Shown: in pieces, positions 1 through 11,269 of the stretch
How the letters are laid out: each line of letters starts with the position of its first letter
How positions within the stretch are numbered: position 1 is the first letter of the stretch
DNA from: Paragordius varius
Taxonomy: Eukaryota > Animalia > Nematomorpha
Reading direction: 5' to 3'
NCBI GenBank assembly: GCA_964247055.1
Contig: OZ176056.1
Coordinates: 7,874,001-7,938,000 of the forward strand
DNA length: 64,000 nucleotides
Notes under the pieces: generated by a model
What the model was told of the DNA's origin: nothing
Seen by the model: only the letters and a program-made list of their open reading frames with translations
Databases searched by the model: none
Translations under genes and position numbers: made by a program

Positions 1-3000
1 TTGTGTTGATAGAATCTATGTGGAAAAACACTTAATTTAATCTAAACAAGAATAACAACCATTACCTTTAGGGTAGTTTTATATCCCAACCGATTTGTAA
101 TTTATATATCTTAAAAAGTATTTTACCTATTAAGCCGAATATGAAAATATGCTTTCTTGTGTCTTTTACGCGCATCATACAAGATTTTTTTCAAAAAAAC
201 GTATTGTAAAATATCCATATCTCAAATTTTTTCGCCATTTTTTTATTTTTTTAAATGGCTAATGAAACAAAGAAAGTATAATGTATAATATGTTTATGTT
301 AATGATTATCTTAAAAATTTTAACTACAGCAAAAACTTGATATATTTTGATTTTAATATCAGCAGTTCTCAATCGTATCGGAGTGTCCCATTTTTAGACT
401 CCCAAACTGTGATAAGCTTTTTTATATACATGATATAGATACTTTAGAAACTCTAGTTTATTTACAAAATTGAGCTCCAGGATATAACTACCCCAAATGT
501 AATCTAGGACAAAAAAAGGTAATTAAATTTTATACTGTCATAACTAAAGTGATATGCACTTGATAATATTGGTTAATTTAAATTTTTTGCCAGTTAAGCA
601 ATGTATTAAATATAAATTCTTGGCCAAAGGTTTTTATGTCGAAATACTTTATTGATAAAAGGTTCTTAAAGGCCTTATAATGCATTTTTATAAATTTGAT
701 CAATATGATAGAGTTAATGGCTGAAATTGTCCGGGATAATAAACTAACAAGTATATAAAATAGTTAGCTTAATAACTGTTGAATATTATATTTTGCACCT
801 TTATTTTATACCATATTATATAAAATGTTAGCTGGCAAAAAAATTAGGTAAATATTGATTCAATAAAACTATTTGATTTACATACTAGCTACAAATCAAG
901 ACTATAAATTGAAATAACTTTTCAACCTTGACAAGTTTGGCTCAGGGCCAACAATTTTAACAAAAAAAATTTTTTAAATTTTACTATCACGTACGCAAAC
1001 ACATTTGCGAGCTAAACGCACTTACTCACCCCATTTTTATTTGTATATAATATATAAAAAAATATGTGCTAATCATCTATATAAGAGACTGTTATAAAAA
1101 TGTTAGAAACAGAATTATAATTGTACAAAATAATTTGTTCAATAATCTAAATTCTACATTTTTAGCGTTTTCATTCCCGTAATTAACACTTGTATAATTT
1201 TATTCTAAGATATTATGATCGTCTTATTATTAAGTTCGGTTGAGTTTGACAACTATTCAATCAGATAATGTTTTTCTGAAGAAAAAAAACTTTTTATCAA
1301 TTTATAAAACTCTAATTTAAGTCATAATGATAGACATATTATAGACGCACTATATATTGATTTGTAGATTTATCAAGTTAAGTGCTTTTAACCGTACAGG
1401 ATAACATGAAATATATTTTAAAACATTAAAATATATTCAAAATATCCTAAAACCTAAATTTTGACTTTGCATACCGTAACGAATCCGAATTTATTATATA
1501 TAGCGGCATTCAATCATTCATAAATAATGTCTATTATAAGTTAAAGCTGGGGGCGCACAGTTTAAACTGGATGGGACGCTGGTTTTAAAAAAATCCCTCA
1601 TGTGCATTATGTTAGTAGTTTATTTTGGCCTACCAAAAATTGTGCATTTTTCAATATAGTGTGGAGAAGGTTATGCCAATTTTTTTGAGATAAGGTAACA
1701 GTTGTGGTTACTCTAACGAGGGTTTTATTCAAATATAGCTGCCCAAGGTGTTATTAACAATGTAGAATTGTATTTAAGGATATTTATATTTATCTAAACT
1801 TTTAGGGTAATTTTTTAAATATAAAGAACAATGATTTCCACATCATTTATATTACAAACCCTCGTGGTTACCCACTCAAGAAAAAGAAAGATATCAATAT
1901 AAATAACATTATTCGTAATAACATAACACACATGTTTTTTTAGTTTCATTTCTTAATATATATTTTTAATTTTTAATTTAATTTTTTCGTCAGAGATAAC
2001 TAGTAATCGAAAATTCACTTTAATAAATTCATTCAATTTTAGCTGAATAATCCCAATATTAATTTGATTATCATTATTATACGTATAAAAATATTATTGT
2101 TAGGAGGGTTTAGGGTGGTTTACTCATTATAAAGATTAGTATCAATACATATTGATACATAAATTCTATGAAAGGTTCCGATATTTTAGCAGGAATCACC
2201 CTAGTCTTATTTTCAATTTCAATGGTTTTTATATGTTTTTATCTTTTAAAAATACAATATATTTTTAGTTGTCCAACACAAATATCTTCGCGGCGCCTTT
2301 GATAATTTTTGATTTTATATTTATTTTGAACTGAATTTTGCATGATATTCTTTTAAATAATCGTAAAATTTTGAATGGCATCCAATATTTTATTTCTTCA
2401 ACATTTTTTCAACAAATTTTACTTATCGAAAAAAAGCGTGTTTAACATCCCTGATATATAAAATAAGAACATTTATCGGGAATATTATTAAAAATAACTT
2501 CTGTTATTAAACAATAAACTTGGAGTCTAATAGCTTTGAAAAAGGGTAAACAAAATCTTTTTTGCCTACTTATATCTTAAAATTAAAAAATATAAAATTC
2601 ATAATCCCTAAATTGCAACAATTCCATAAATTAGGGCAGTGGTTTATTTTGTCTCAGGGGCCGGGCCTGTCACCACATAATGGTAAAAACTTCATAACTG
2701 TATGACAAATTTGCAGAGTTTTATATACAAAATAAGTACATCAAAAATTTTAATAAATACTTTAGAGCCATAAAAAGGTACTTTTAGGGCCGCGGACTAA
2801 ACGAGAGTGTCCATAATTAATTACACATAAAATAAAAATATATTAATATTGTATATTAGTGGTATTCCAACTGGACCCACGGGCCGCATAAAGCCCTTAA
2901 ACTCATTTTTTCTGTCCACAAAAAATATTAATTTTTTATTGTATAATGTTACGTGAGCTGTATATATTTCGGGTCACGAGACAATATTATATATGATTTT

Positions 3001-3110
3001 AGTGCCAATACAATAAAAAACAAGGTTGCCATTTTCGTAATGTTTAACCTTTTAGATTGTTTGACAACCAAGTATTCGTAATATAAATTGTGGCTTGCAC
3101 TCTGAATTTA
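1..3110 (+). repeat. Segmental block A, copy 1 (non-coding, built from old TE remnants)
   Basis: 1-~1800 aligns colinearly with 34213-36090 (direct); 1-3110 aligns with 50640-53240 (inverted), e.g. atatcttaaaaagtattttacctattaagccgaat near 105-140 vs the reverse complement near 53105-53145. A fragment also occurs at ~27600-27900. Confidence 0.85.
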
Positions 3111-3179
3111 TAAAGGAAGCCGCGAATTTTTTTTGTGAGTACCTTTACTATATATTTATTTTCCTTCATACCTAAAATT

Positions 3180-5373
3180 GGTTGGTTGGTTGGTTGGTTT
3201 TCCTAAGTCGTAAACGACTTTTTGGATATAGTTTTAACTATTTCTTTCCATTTTTTCCTATCTTTAACCGCTATATTGAGCTCTTTCAGTGTCATTTTGG
3301 TCTCTTCTTTTATCATATCCAACCACCTCATCGGTGGTCGGCCTCGTTTCCTTTGCCCTTCTACCTTCCCAAACATTGTATCTTTCTCCAGAGAATTCGA
3401 TCGCATGACATGACCAAAATATGTTAACTTTCTTTTTAGAATTATCTCCATGATGTTTGTTTTAGGTTTTATTTTTGTAGTTAGACTTTCATTCTTAATT
3501 TTATCCTTCCAGGTGTATCCTAGCATCCTACGCCAGCAGCTCCTTTCAAAAGCCATGAGCCTTTCTTTGTCCCTTTTTTTGAGGGTCCAACTCTCACATC
3601 CATATGTGGTGACCGGGAGAACGAAACAGTAGAGTAATCTTTTTTTGGTTTCAACTCCTACGCTTTTGTTTTTCCAAATCTTTATTAATTTGGTCATCGC
3701 TTCTCTACCCAATCCTATTCTCTTTCTGATGTCAGGAGTTGAAGACCCATCCTCTGAAATTATTGCGCCCAAAAACGTTAACTGTTTAACTATTTCTATT
3801 TCTACTCCTTCTATTATAATTGTAGGCTTTTTTCCTGTACATAATATTTTGGTTTTGTTAGGATTAAGCCTAAGACCATACCTCAAACTTTCCTTTCGAA
3901 CCTCTTCAATCAATTCCTTCAAATCATTTGCACTTTCAGCTATAAGAGTGGTATCGTCTGCAAACCTTAAATTATTGATTGTTCTCCCTCCTATTCTTAC
4001 TCCTATATTTTTACCATCCAACTTCCTCATTATCATTTCTGTGCACATATTGAACAGATAAGGGGATAAGCAACACCCTTGTCTGACTCCTTTCAAGATT
4101 GGTATTTCGTCTGTGTCCCCCGCTGGTGTTCTAATAATCGCTCTTTGTTTTACATACAGAGAGCTAATCAATCTTATTAAGTGAGACGATACCCCTACTA
4201 ATTTTAATGTTTCCCACAAGGAGTCATAGTTAATTGAATCGAATGCTTGTCTGTAATCAATAAAACACATGTATAATTCTTTCTGGAACTCTTTTGATGT
4301 TTCCATTATCCTTCTCATGTTTGAGATATGGTCTCTTGTGCTTTTTCCCTTCATAAATCCAGCTTGATTTTCTGGTATTTCTGTCTGTATGATACTGTGC
4401 ATTCTGTTTTGTATTACTTTTAGTAAGACCTTACTAGCGTGGCTAATAAGAGATATGTTCCGATAATTCTCGCATTGGAGTACATCTCCTTTTTTATATA
4501 TTGGGAGATATACAGATGATGCCCAATCGTTTGGCCACTCACATGTTTCCCACACCTTTTGACATAGCTGGTGTAACTTTTCAACGGGAATAGCTTTTAT
4601 GAACTCTATTGGGATATTGTCTAATCCCGTCGCTTTGTTGTTAGGAATTTGTTTTAAGGCTAATTCAACCTCCTCTCTTAATATATCTGGATAACGTTCT
4701 TCTTCTTTTAATTGCAACACCTTTGTTTGAGGAGCCTGATAGAGTTTTTGGGTGTATTCCTTCCATCTTTCTCGTACTTCTGTTTGTTTGCACAATATGG
4801 TGCCATTCTCTTTTTTAATCTTTTGTGATGATATAAAAGGTTTATGAGTCATTTGCTTCAGTTTCTGGAACATTGGTTGCATTAATCCTTTTTTGTTATT
4901 TAATTCCACTTCCAGACATTGTTTATTAAGAAAATCTTTGTAATCCTTCCTTTGTCGTTGAAATTCTTTGTTATATAATTTTACCATTTTATTATCACCT
5001 CTTGATTTAGCTTTTCTCCTCTTTTCTGCTATCTCTATACTCTTTTCTGATATCCATTTGTTATCTTTCCTCTTTACTCTCTGCACTTTTTCTTTTGCCA
5101 CTTCATTAACAACATTTTTTATCGTTCCCCATAATTGTTCTGAGCTACATCCATTGTCCAATCTTTCTAATCTATCTTTGGTTTCTGTTCTAAAACTATT
5201 TGGAATGTTCCGAGTGTCATATCTGTATATCTGTTTAACCTTATTTTTATTATTTTAAGTTTAATTTTGGTTATTAAAAGCTCATGATCGCTAGAGCAAT
5301 CGCTGCTTTTGCTTGTTTTGGTATCAATTATAGAGCTTTTCCATTTTTGAGGACACATTATGTAATCAATTTG
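3180..5373 (-). mobile_element. 5'-truncated RTE-clade LINE with 12-bp TSD and (AACC)n tail
   Basis: ATACCTAAAATT at 3168-3179 and 5374-5385 flanks the element; (GGTT)n on plus at 3180-3199; RT ORF plus APE C-terminal remnant (QIDYIM...SDHELL) at 5167-5373. Confidence 0.95.
3203..5161 (-). CDS. RTE reverse transcriptase ORF (652 aa, uninterrupted; endonuclease truncated)
   Basis: Motifs KATGLDNIP, YRNISLISHASKVLL, QAGFMKGKST, FIDYRQAFD, GVRQGCCLSPYLF, LRFADD, YGCESWTL, RGRPPMRWLD. Confidence 0.95.
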   Translation of the reverse strand: MDNGCSSEQLWGTIKNVVNEVAKEKVQRVKRKDNKWISEKSIEIAEKRRKAKSRGDNKMVKLYNKEFQRQRKDYKDFLNKQCLEVELNNKKGLMQPMFQKLKQMTHKPFISSQKIKKENGTILCKQTEVRERWKEYTQKLYQAPQTKVLQLKEEERYPDILREEVELALKQIPNNKATGLDNIPIEFIKAIPVEKLHQLCQKVWETCEWPNDWASSVYLPIYKKGDVLQCENYRNISLISHASKVLLKVIQNRMHSIIQTEIPENQAGFMKGKSTRDHISNMRRIMETSKEFQKELYMCFIDYRQAFDSINYDSLWETLKLVGVSSHLIRLISSLYVKQRAIIRTPAGDTDEIPILKGVRQGCCLSPYLFNMCTEMIMRKLDGKNIGVRIGGRTINNLRFADDTTLIAESANDLKELIEEVRKESLRYGLRLNPNKTKILCTGKKPTIIIEGVEIEIVKQLTFLGAIISEDGSSTPDIRKRIGLGREAMTKLIKIWKNKSVGVETKKRLLYCFVLPVTTYGCESWTLKKRDKERLMAFERSCWRRMLGYTWKDKIKNESLTTKIKPKTNIMEIILKRKLTYFGHVMRSNSLEKDTMFGKVEGQRKRGRPPMRWLDMIKEETKMTLKELNIAVKDRKKWKEIVKTISKKSFTT

Positions 5374-5606
5374 ATACCTAAAATTAAGCACATATTATAT
5401 TAGCCACGAAACCATTTCAAATCTGGACACTTTCAAAGGGGATACTAAAATAATACATAAATAAATATATCAGCAGGAATCGTATTTATTCAAATCATTT
5501 AGCATTCATTAAAAATTATAATTATGGTACAAAAAATATTTTAATTATCCTCAGAGCAAGCTAATACTTTCAAATCGTACTGGAATATTTAATATTTTAG
5601 CAATTA

Positions 5607-7942
5607 CTAGCTGGCCCTGTCACGCTTCGTTGTGACGCAGTCTCACCGATAATCATTCTTAATTTGCAATAAAGGAGATAAGAAATTAATAAAAAAACAT
5701 ATTAAATAAAAAGAATGTCTTAAATTATTTTTTTACGGATTTCATATTCTAAAATATTGTTTACTCGAAATTGACCATATTTAAACTGTCCATTATTATT
5801 AATGATCAACTATCATACGAAATCATAGTAAAAAGTTTTATTTTTGAATTGTGTTCACACATCTGTGATCAAGGGATAAACAAAGTTTATCATTTGTGGT
5901 TTTTTTTTTAAAAAAAGAATGATATTATTTAAATTCCCCAGAAATGAGTTTAACTGAACTCGTATGGCTTCTTATGTTTTTTGAAAATTAGCTCCAAAAC
6001 CACACCATTTTTGTACGGCGTCTCAGTTTTAAACCGGTAGACCCCTACCCATAAACTTAGATAGAAAAAGCGTTGAGTTAATTCTTTGCCTTTATAGGGG
6101 AAATATTTAGAATCATTTTTGATACCTGCGTCTCATCGGTTTTTAAAAATACCTCAACACTAAATAATCGTTATATGATGGCGTATTTTAAGGGCTTAAA
6201 GACCCCAAATTAATGGCTAATAACAAAAAGCCTGACATTTTCCCCTAGTTACGGGTAATATTTCAAACTTTTAATGAGCTCATATGGCTTCATAAATTTT
6301 CTGTAAATTACCTCCAAAACAACGCAGTTTCTATATAGTGGCGCAGTTTTTGGCGGGTAGTCCCTAACCCAGGGGAAGGTATAAAAAAAGCGTTGGCCAA
6401 ATTTTTACCTTTATATGGGGATTATTTGAAATTATCATGGATTCCATATGTTTCTTTAAGGTTTTCCGAAATTTGGCACCAAAGGCATGCTGTATCGATA
6501 CGGTGAAGCAACATTACGCGGGTGGCCCTTTCGGGCGAAACAAAAAAACTCTCGATTAAAACTTTCGTTAATTCGGGAAATACCAGAAATCATGATTGAT
6601 TCCATATGCACTCGTGTGGTTTTCGAAAAATTGCCTGAAAAATAAAAAATTCATGGTGGGGCATTTTTCAGGGCCAAGTTCTAATTAAGGGGTAACTTAA
6701 TAAAACCGTTCTTACATTTTTGCCTTTTTACGGGTAATATTTTAAGCCCCTATTGAACTCATATGGCCTGATAAGTTTTATAAATTTGCCTCCAAAGTCA
6801 CGCTGTATCGATATGGAGGCGCAGTTGTTGGCGGGTAGCCCCCTACCAAAAGGCCAATATAAAAAACGTTCGATAAATTTTCTTGCCTCTATAGGGGAAT
6901 ACCTGAAATCATTTTTAACCTTTATGTTCTTATTGTTTTTGTGGCTTGACTAAATTATAGTTCCATGATAGCGCATTTTTTAGGGCCTAAATGGCCTAAT
7001 TGGCAGATCTATAAAAACCGTCGGCTTAAATTTTTGCCTTTTTGCGGGTAATATTTCAGGCACCTTGTAAGTTATGTGGCTTGATAAATATTCTGAAAAT
7101 TAACTCTTAAACAACGGAATTTCGATATGGTGGCGCAGTTTCAGGCGAATAGCTCACTAACCAGGGGCTGATACAAAAAAGGGGCTTGATAAAATTTACC
7201 TTTTTACGGAGAATAACTGGAATTATGATTGATTCCATATGCTCTCATTAGTTTTTAGAAAAATTGCCTAAAAACTAAAAAATCATTCTATGGTTGTGCA
7301 TTTTTGAGGGCGTGAAGGGCCTAATCAACGACTATTTTAAAAATGCCGTGCGACCTAATGTTTTGCCCTATTACGGGTAATATTTTAAGCATTTATTGAA
7401 GTCGTATGACCTGATAGGTTTCTGAAATTTAGCTCCAAAACAACGTATTTTCTATATAGTGGCGCAGTTTTTGGCGGTTGGCTCCTAACCCAGGGGCAGG
7501 TATAAAAAAGCATTGGGCAAAATTTTTTGCCTTTTATAGGGAAATATCTAGAATGTTCATTAAATTTTTACAGTCCCATACCCTGAGCGAAAAATAAAAA
7601 ATGGCATTTTACGGGGGGGAGCCGGTAAAAAGAGGGCCTAAATTAAAAAAGCGAGCCGACTATGGAAATAAACAAAAATCATGTTTGAAATTGAATGATC
7701 CAACACATTTTCCGAAAAAATTGTAAAGACACGATTTTTGTGGACTTCTTTTTTTAGAAAAGCCGTTTTTTACACGGGGGAGGCCTGAACTGGAGGCCTA
7801 ATTCAAAAAAGGGCGAAGCTATTGTCGGGGCATTTATATTATATTTTTTCGACATTTGGATTTGAATGAGTTTACCGGTTTTCCGGCAAATGCTCACAAA
7901 GCCAGCATTTTCCTACTTTAAAAATATATAGGTAGATATAGA
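5607..7942 (-). mobile_element. Non-autonomous Helitron, copy 1
   Basis: On minus the 3' end reads gtcac-aacgaagc-gtgac (hairpin) agggccagCTAG|T at 5607; 5' end TCTATAT... near 7942; homologous to 43347-50580 and 57473-57875. Confidence 0.8.
5940..7560. repeat. Diverged tandem array inside the Helitron (~160-bp subunit, ~320-bp higher order)
   Basis: Anchor gcgcagtttt..gcgggtag..cctaccc recurs at ~6020, 6341, 6819, 7132 and 7461 (spacings ~320, 480, 315, 330). Confidence 0.75.
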
Positions 7943-8129
7943 TAGATTAAAATCACCACCTACGAAAAAAAGACCGAATTTCTTGGTGAAATAATTTATT
8001 TTATATTTTATAAATATTTTCTCCATTGAGAGGACAGTTAATACAATTACACTCATTAATATTTTAGTTATACATTTGAGTATTTAATTTTTCCACTAAG
8101 TTATGCATTGATTAATAAAATAATAAAGA

Positions 8130-8200
8130 CTATTTTTTAATTAAAATTCCAATTATTAATTTTCGAGTGACATAGTTCACTCTTTGTCAAATAAACATTA
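8130..8200 (-). ncRNA. Candidate non-canonical type I hammerhead ribozyme (U3/A8 core); second copy at ~9965-10012 plus
   Basis: Minus strand: ttat-TTGACAA-A-GAGTGA actatg TCACTC-GAAA-AT-TA-ataa. Perfect 6-bp stem II; stem III register is short and atypical. Confidence 0.4.
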
Positions 8201-8343
8201 TATGGTAAATTTATGTTGCTTATATAGATGCGGGAAAGGTAATTAATGAAAAAAAACAGTAAAAATATGATTATACTGTAAAAAATAATTACCCTTACAA
8301 TAACTTTGTTAAATTGTGTATGTGTATAATGTGTAATAGTTTA

Positions 8344-9509
8344 CAGTAAATGTTAATTTTTAATATCAAGAATTTTTTTTTAATCCATGTGGCATTTTTT
8401 TATTCTTTTAAAAGTTGTTTTACAAGCATATAAAAAATAACACTTACATATATATTTAAATGTACTTACATGTCCCTTTTCGGTACACATATATGAGAGA
8501 TATATTAACATTGCAATATGTTCCCCTTTTCGCTACACATCTCATTAAGAAATGGTAACATTGCATATGTGTTGTGCCTACTTCATTAAATAATTTTTTA
8601 GGTTTTATATATAATTTTTTTTTATAAAAAATTAAGTTTATAATAATTAATTAAAAAATATTTCAGAAAAGATTATAAAAAAATATATTTGAAATTAACA
8701 TATAAATCGCTTATGTGCGTAATATAACTTGTATTATACAAATTTAAATATTGATTTAATTTTGCTGACTTTTTTTGAAAACACTATATCACCTAAAATT
8801 AGTTAAACTGAGAAATGTCACGAAAAATGGTAAAATAATACCATTTATAATTAATTATTTTACAAGTGGTAATCTGTTAGCAAATATTTTTGACAATTTT
8901 TTTGGTGTGCTCATAATACTTAAGAAAATGAAGGTGCTGAATATTTTCAAGAATTTTTAAGTTTTCAATTAATTCTTCCACATTGAAATGGCATCTTTCC
9001 TGACTTTTTTTGGTCTCTGGAGTCTGGGTTATTAATGTGCCATAGTTTGAATCTGATGTTGATGGCAAACTTTCATCTATACTATCTTCTTCACAAAAAC
9101 TATACATTTATTCTAAATTTCTTTTTGACAAAATAATAAAACTTAATATTTTTTATAAAAAAAATATATAAACTTATAAATTAAAAATCAAAGTATGCAC
9201 AACACATAACATACTGATTAATACCTAATTTTATAAAAAATGTTATATCAAACCTAAATATTTATCAAAGTAGGCACAACACATATGCAATGTTACCATT
9301 TCTATAATGAGATATGTAGCGAAAAGGGGAACATATTGCAATGTTAATATATCTCTCATAAATGTGTACCGAAAAGGGACATGTAAGTACATTTAAATAT
9401 ATATGTAAGTGTTATTTTTTATATGCTTGTAAAACAACTTTTAAAAGGATAAAAAAATGCCACATGGATTAAAAAAAAAATTCTTGATATTAAAAATTAA
9501 CATTTACTG
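8344..9509. mobile_element. Non-autonomous Tc1/mariner-type element with ~240-bp TIRs
   Basis: TA|CAGTAAATG...CATTTACTG|TA; 8344-8585 is nearly the exact reverse complement of 9268-9509; TIRs contain duplicated cccttttcg(g/c)tacacat motifs. Confidence 0.85.
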
Positions 9510-9511
9510 TA

Positions 9512-9905
9512 TATGTATAACAATTATGATAATGCGTAGTGCCAGATTGACGACAGCCATCGCGTCTGTTTAGACTAGCTTTGCGTTTCTTAATTTTGAT
9601 AGCTTCACGTATGTGTTGCTTGATTGGGTTATCGATGTTTGTGATTACTCTGTTTCTATTACTTGGTGATTTTCTGTGCATATATGTTTTGATAGACCAG
9701 AAAGTGGTTTAATATTGCGAATGTATGAGTTGTGTTCATTGAGTCTTGTGCTAATTCTTCTTCCAGTTTCTCCAATATATATTTGGTCACAGGATGGCTT
9801 GATATGTTCCTGGTAATCGGTCACATAAGATTGGATTTTTGTATTTCATGTCATGTTTAATTTAGACATTGGTTTAAAAGCTGTACAAATATTGAATTTG
9901 TTCAA
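9512..9905 (-). pseudogene. Penelope-type GIY-YIG endonuclease remnant
   Basis: Translates with frameshifts as KFNICTAFKPMSKL...PGTYQAI/CDQIYIGETGRRISTRLNEH...SGLSKHICTENH...IREAIKIKKRKASLNRRDG. Confidence 0.85.
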
Positions 9906-10070
9906 TACTGTTTTTTTCAATTACGTTTTCCCAAACCTTAAGAAACAGAAATTTACCATTTTATACAATCTTTATTTGACAAAGAGTGAACTATATCACT
10001 GAAAATTAATAATTTTAATTTTATTAAATAAATTGCATTTAGTCTTTACTATTTTATTATTAGTAATAAT

Positions 10071-10566
10071 TAGGTTTGACTGCTTTTTTAAAAAAGTCCG
10101 GTCAGACCCGCTCAGACCACCATGCGATATTGGATTATGAAATTACTTCTGAATTTTCAAATACTCGCTTTTAATACTGAATATTTCAAATAAAATTTTT
10201 CATGTTTCTTTTACACTTTCTTTGATCATTGAAATATCCGATTATAAAATTTTCATTTTACTAGTTCACACATATGGAAAAATTGAATATTTTATAAAAA
10301 GATAAATTGTTTTCTTTTTCGAAATAATTGGATATGCTTAAATGCTAATGTTCATGTTTAACATTTTAAATTTTTAAATAAGCAAATTTAAATATTTATA
10401 TATTTTTTTTTATAATATATTAAAAAATAACTTATTATTTTTCTTCCAAAAAAATATCAGCAATTTTTCAAAAATCAGCTGAAATGACCATGGTCAAAAT
10501 ATAAATAGTCACTGACCTGGTCATGATCCGGTCACTTGACCGGGTCATGACTTGGTCACAACCCTA
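10071..10566. mobile_element. hAT MITE, copy 1
   Basis: Termini TAGGTTTG / CAACCCTA; perfect 8-bp TSD GTAATAAT (10063-10070, 10567-10574); subterminal GGTCATGACC palindromes; second copy at 45165-45667. Confidence 0.9.
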
Positions 10567-11009
10567 GTAATAATGCATTTTTGTTTTATAGACTATATGT
10601 AATGATTGTTATATAAATTGTAATAAGTTGCATAAAAAATAAAGTTAGGTTAGGTATATCTAATTGGAATCGGCAAATGTAAACAACACCTTCCGTAATC
10701 TTTAGATTTTTAAAACCAACCCGTTATCGAATCACTAGGACACCGTTTCTTAAAAACAATACCGGTTGCATGTTCGAGTTCTGAAGCAGGCTTGTTCTGA
10801 TTGGAGTTTTTCAACCCGAATCAAAGGCCTGGAAAATAGCAACGAACATACACAAATGACTGTTATGACATTAAAGACATGTTGAATAAACCCGAAAAAC
10901 CCCTAGTTTACAATATTTTTATGTATGGCAGGCATCAAATGGTTGCAATTAAACAAATTCCCTTTATTTTATTAATTATGTTTAATTAATTATGATCACA
11001 ATAAATTCA

Positions 11010-11250
11010 CAGTAGCGTATAGCATAAAACATTATTAGTCCATAAAAGAATAAAAAAAAGTTTTTAAAATAAGACAATATATCCACATATCCATAATATC
11101 CCCTTGTTTTTTAAAAAAAACATTTTTTTATTATTTTATGGACTAATATTGTTTTAAGCCATACGCTACTGTAAATACAACTAGGTTTTTTTTAAAAAAA
11201 CACTTTTTTATTTTTTTATGGATTGATAATGTTTTATGCATACGCTACTG
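11010..11250. mobile_element. MITE family with CAGTAGCGTAT termini (one unit 11010-11171 plus a duplicated right half)
   Basis: Inverted ends cagtagcgtat / atacgctactg followed by TA; relatives at 36176-37522, 37639-37804 and 41788-42576. Confidence 0.75.
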
Positions 11251-11269
11251 TAAATAATTACAAACTTTT

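Larger units (their letters stand above)
8100..10580 (-). mobile_element. 5'-truncated Penelope-like element with inverted terminal repeat, interrupted by two DNA transposons
   Basis: GIY-YIG remnant at 9512-9905; 8100-8280 is the inverted counterpart of ~9905-10070 plus 10567-10580. Confidence 0.75.

Noticed and set aside
3645-4061. Plus-strand ORFs overlapping TE coding regions (also 39717-40022, 40560-40868, 46459-46764, 48227-48721)
   Set aside because: Antisense shadows of RT, transposase or pol frames; hydrophobic low-complexity translations with no motif.
5940-7560. CRISPR-like reading of the tandem arrays (also 23040-25860)
   Set aside because: Units are long, contiguous and diverged, with no unique spacers or cas genes; context is eukaryotic.
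10760-10800. tRNA-like GTTCGA motif
   Set aside because: No T-stem pairing, A-box or cloverleaf could be built.
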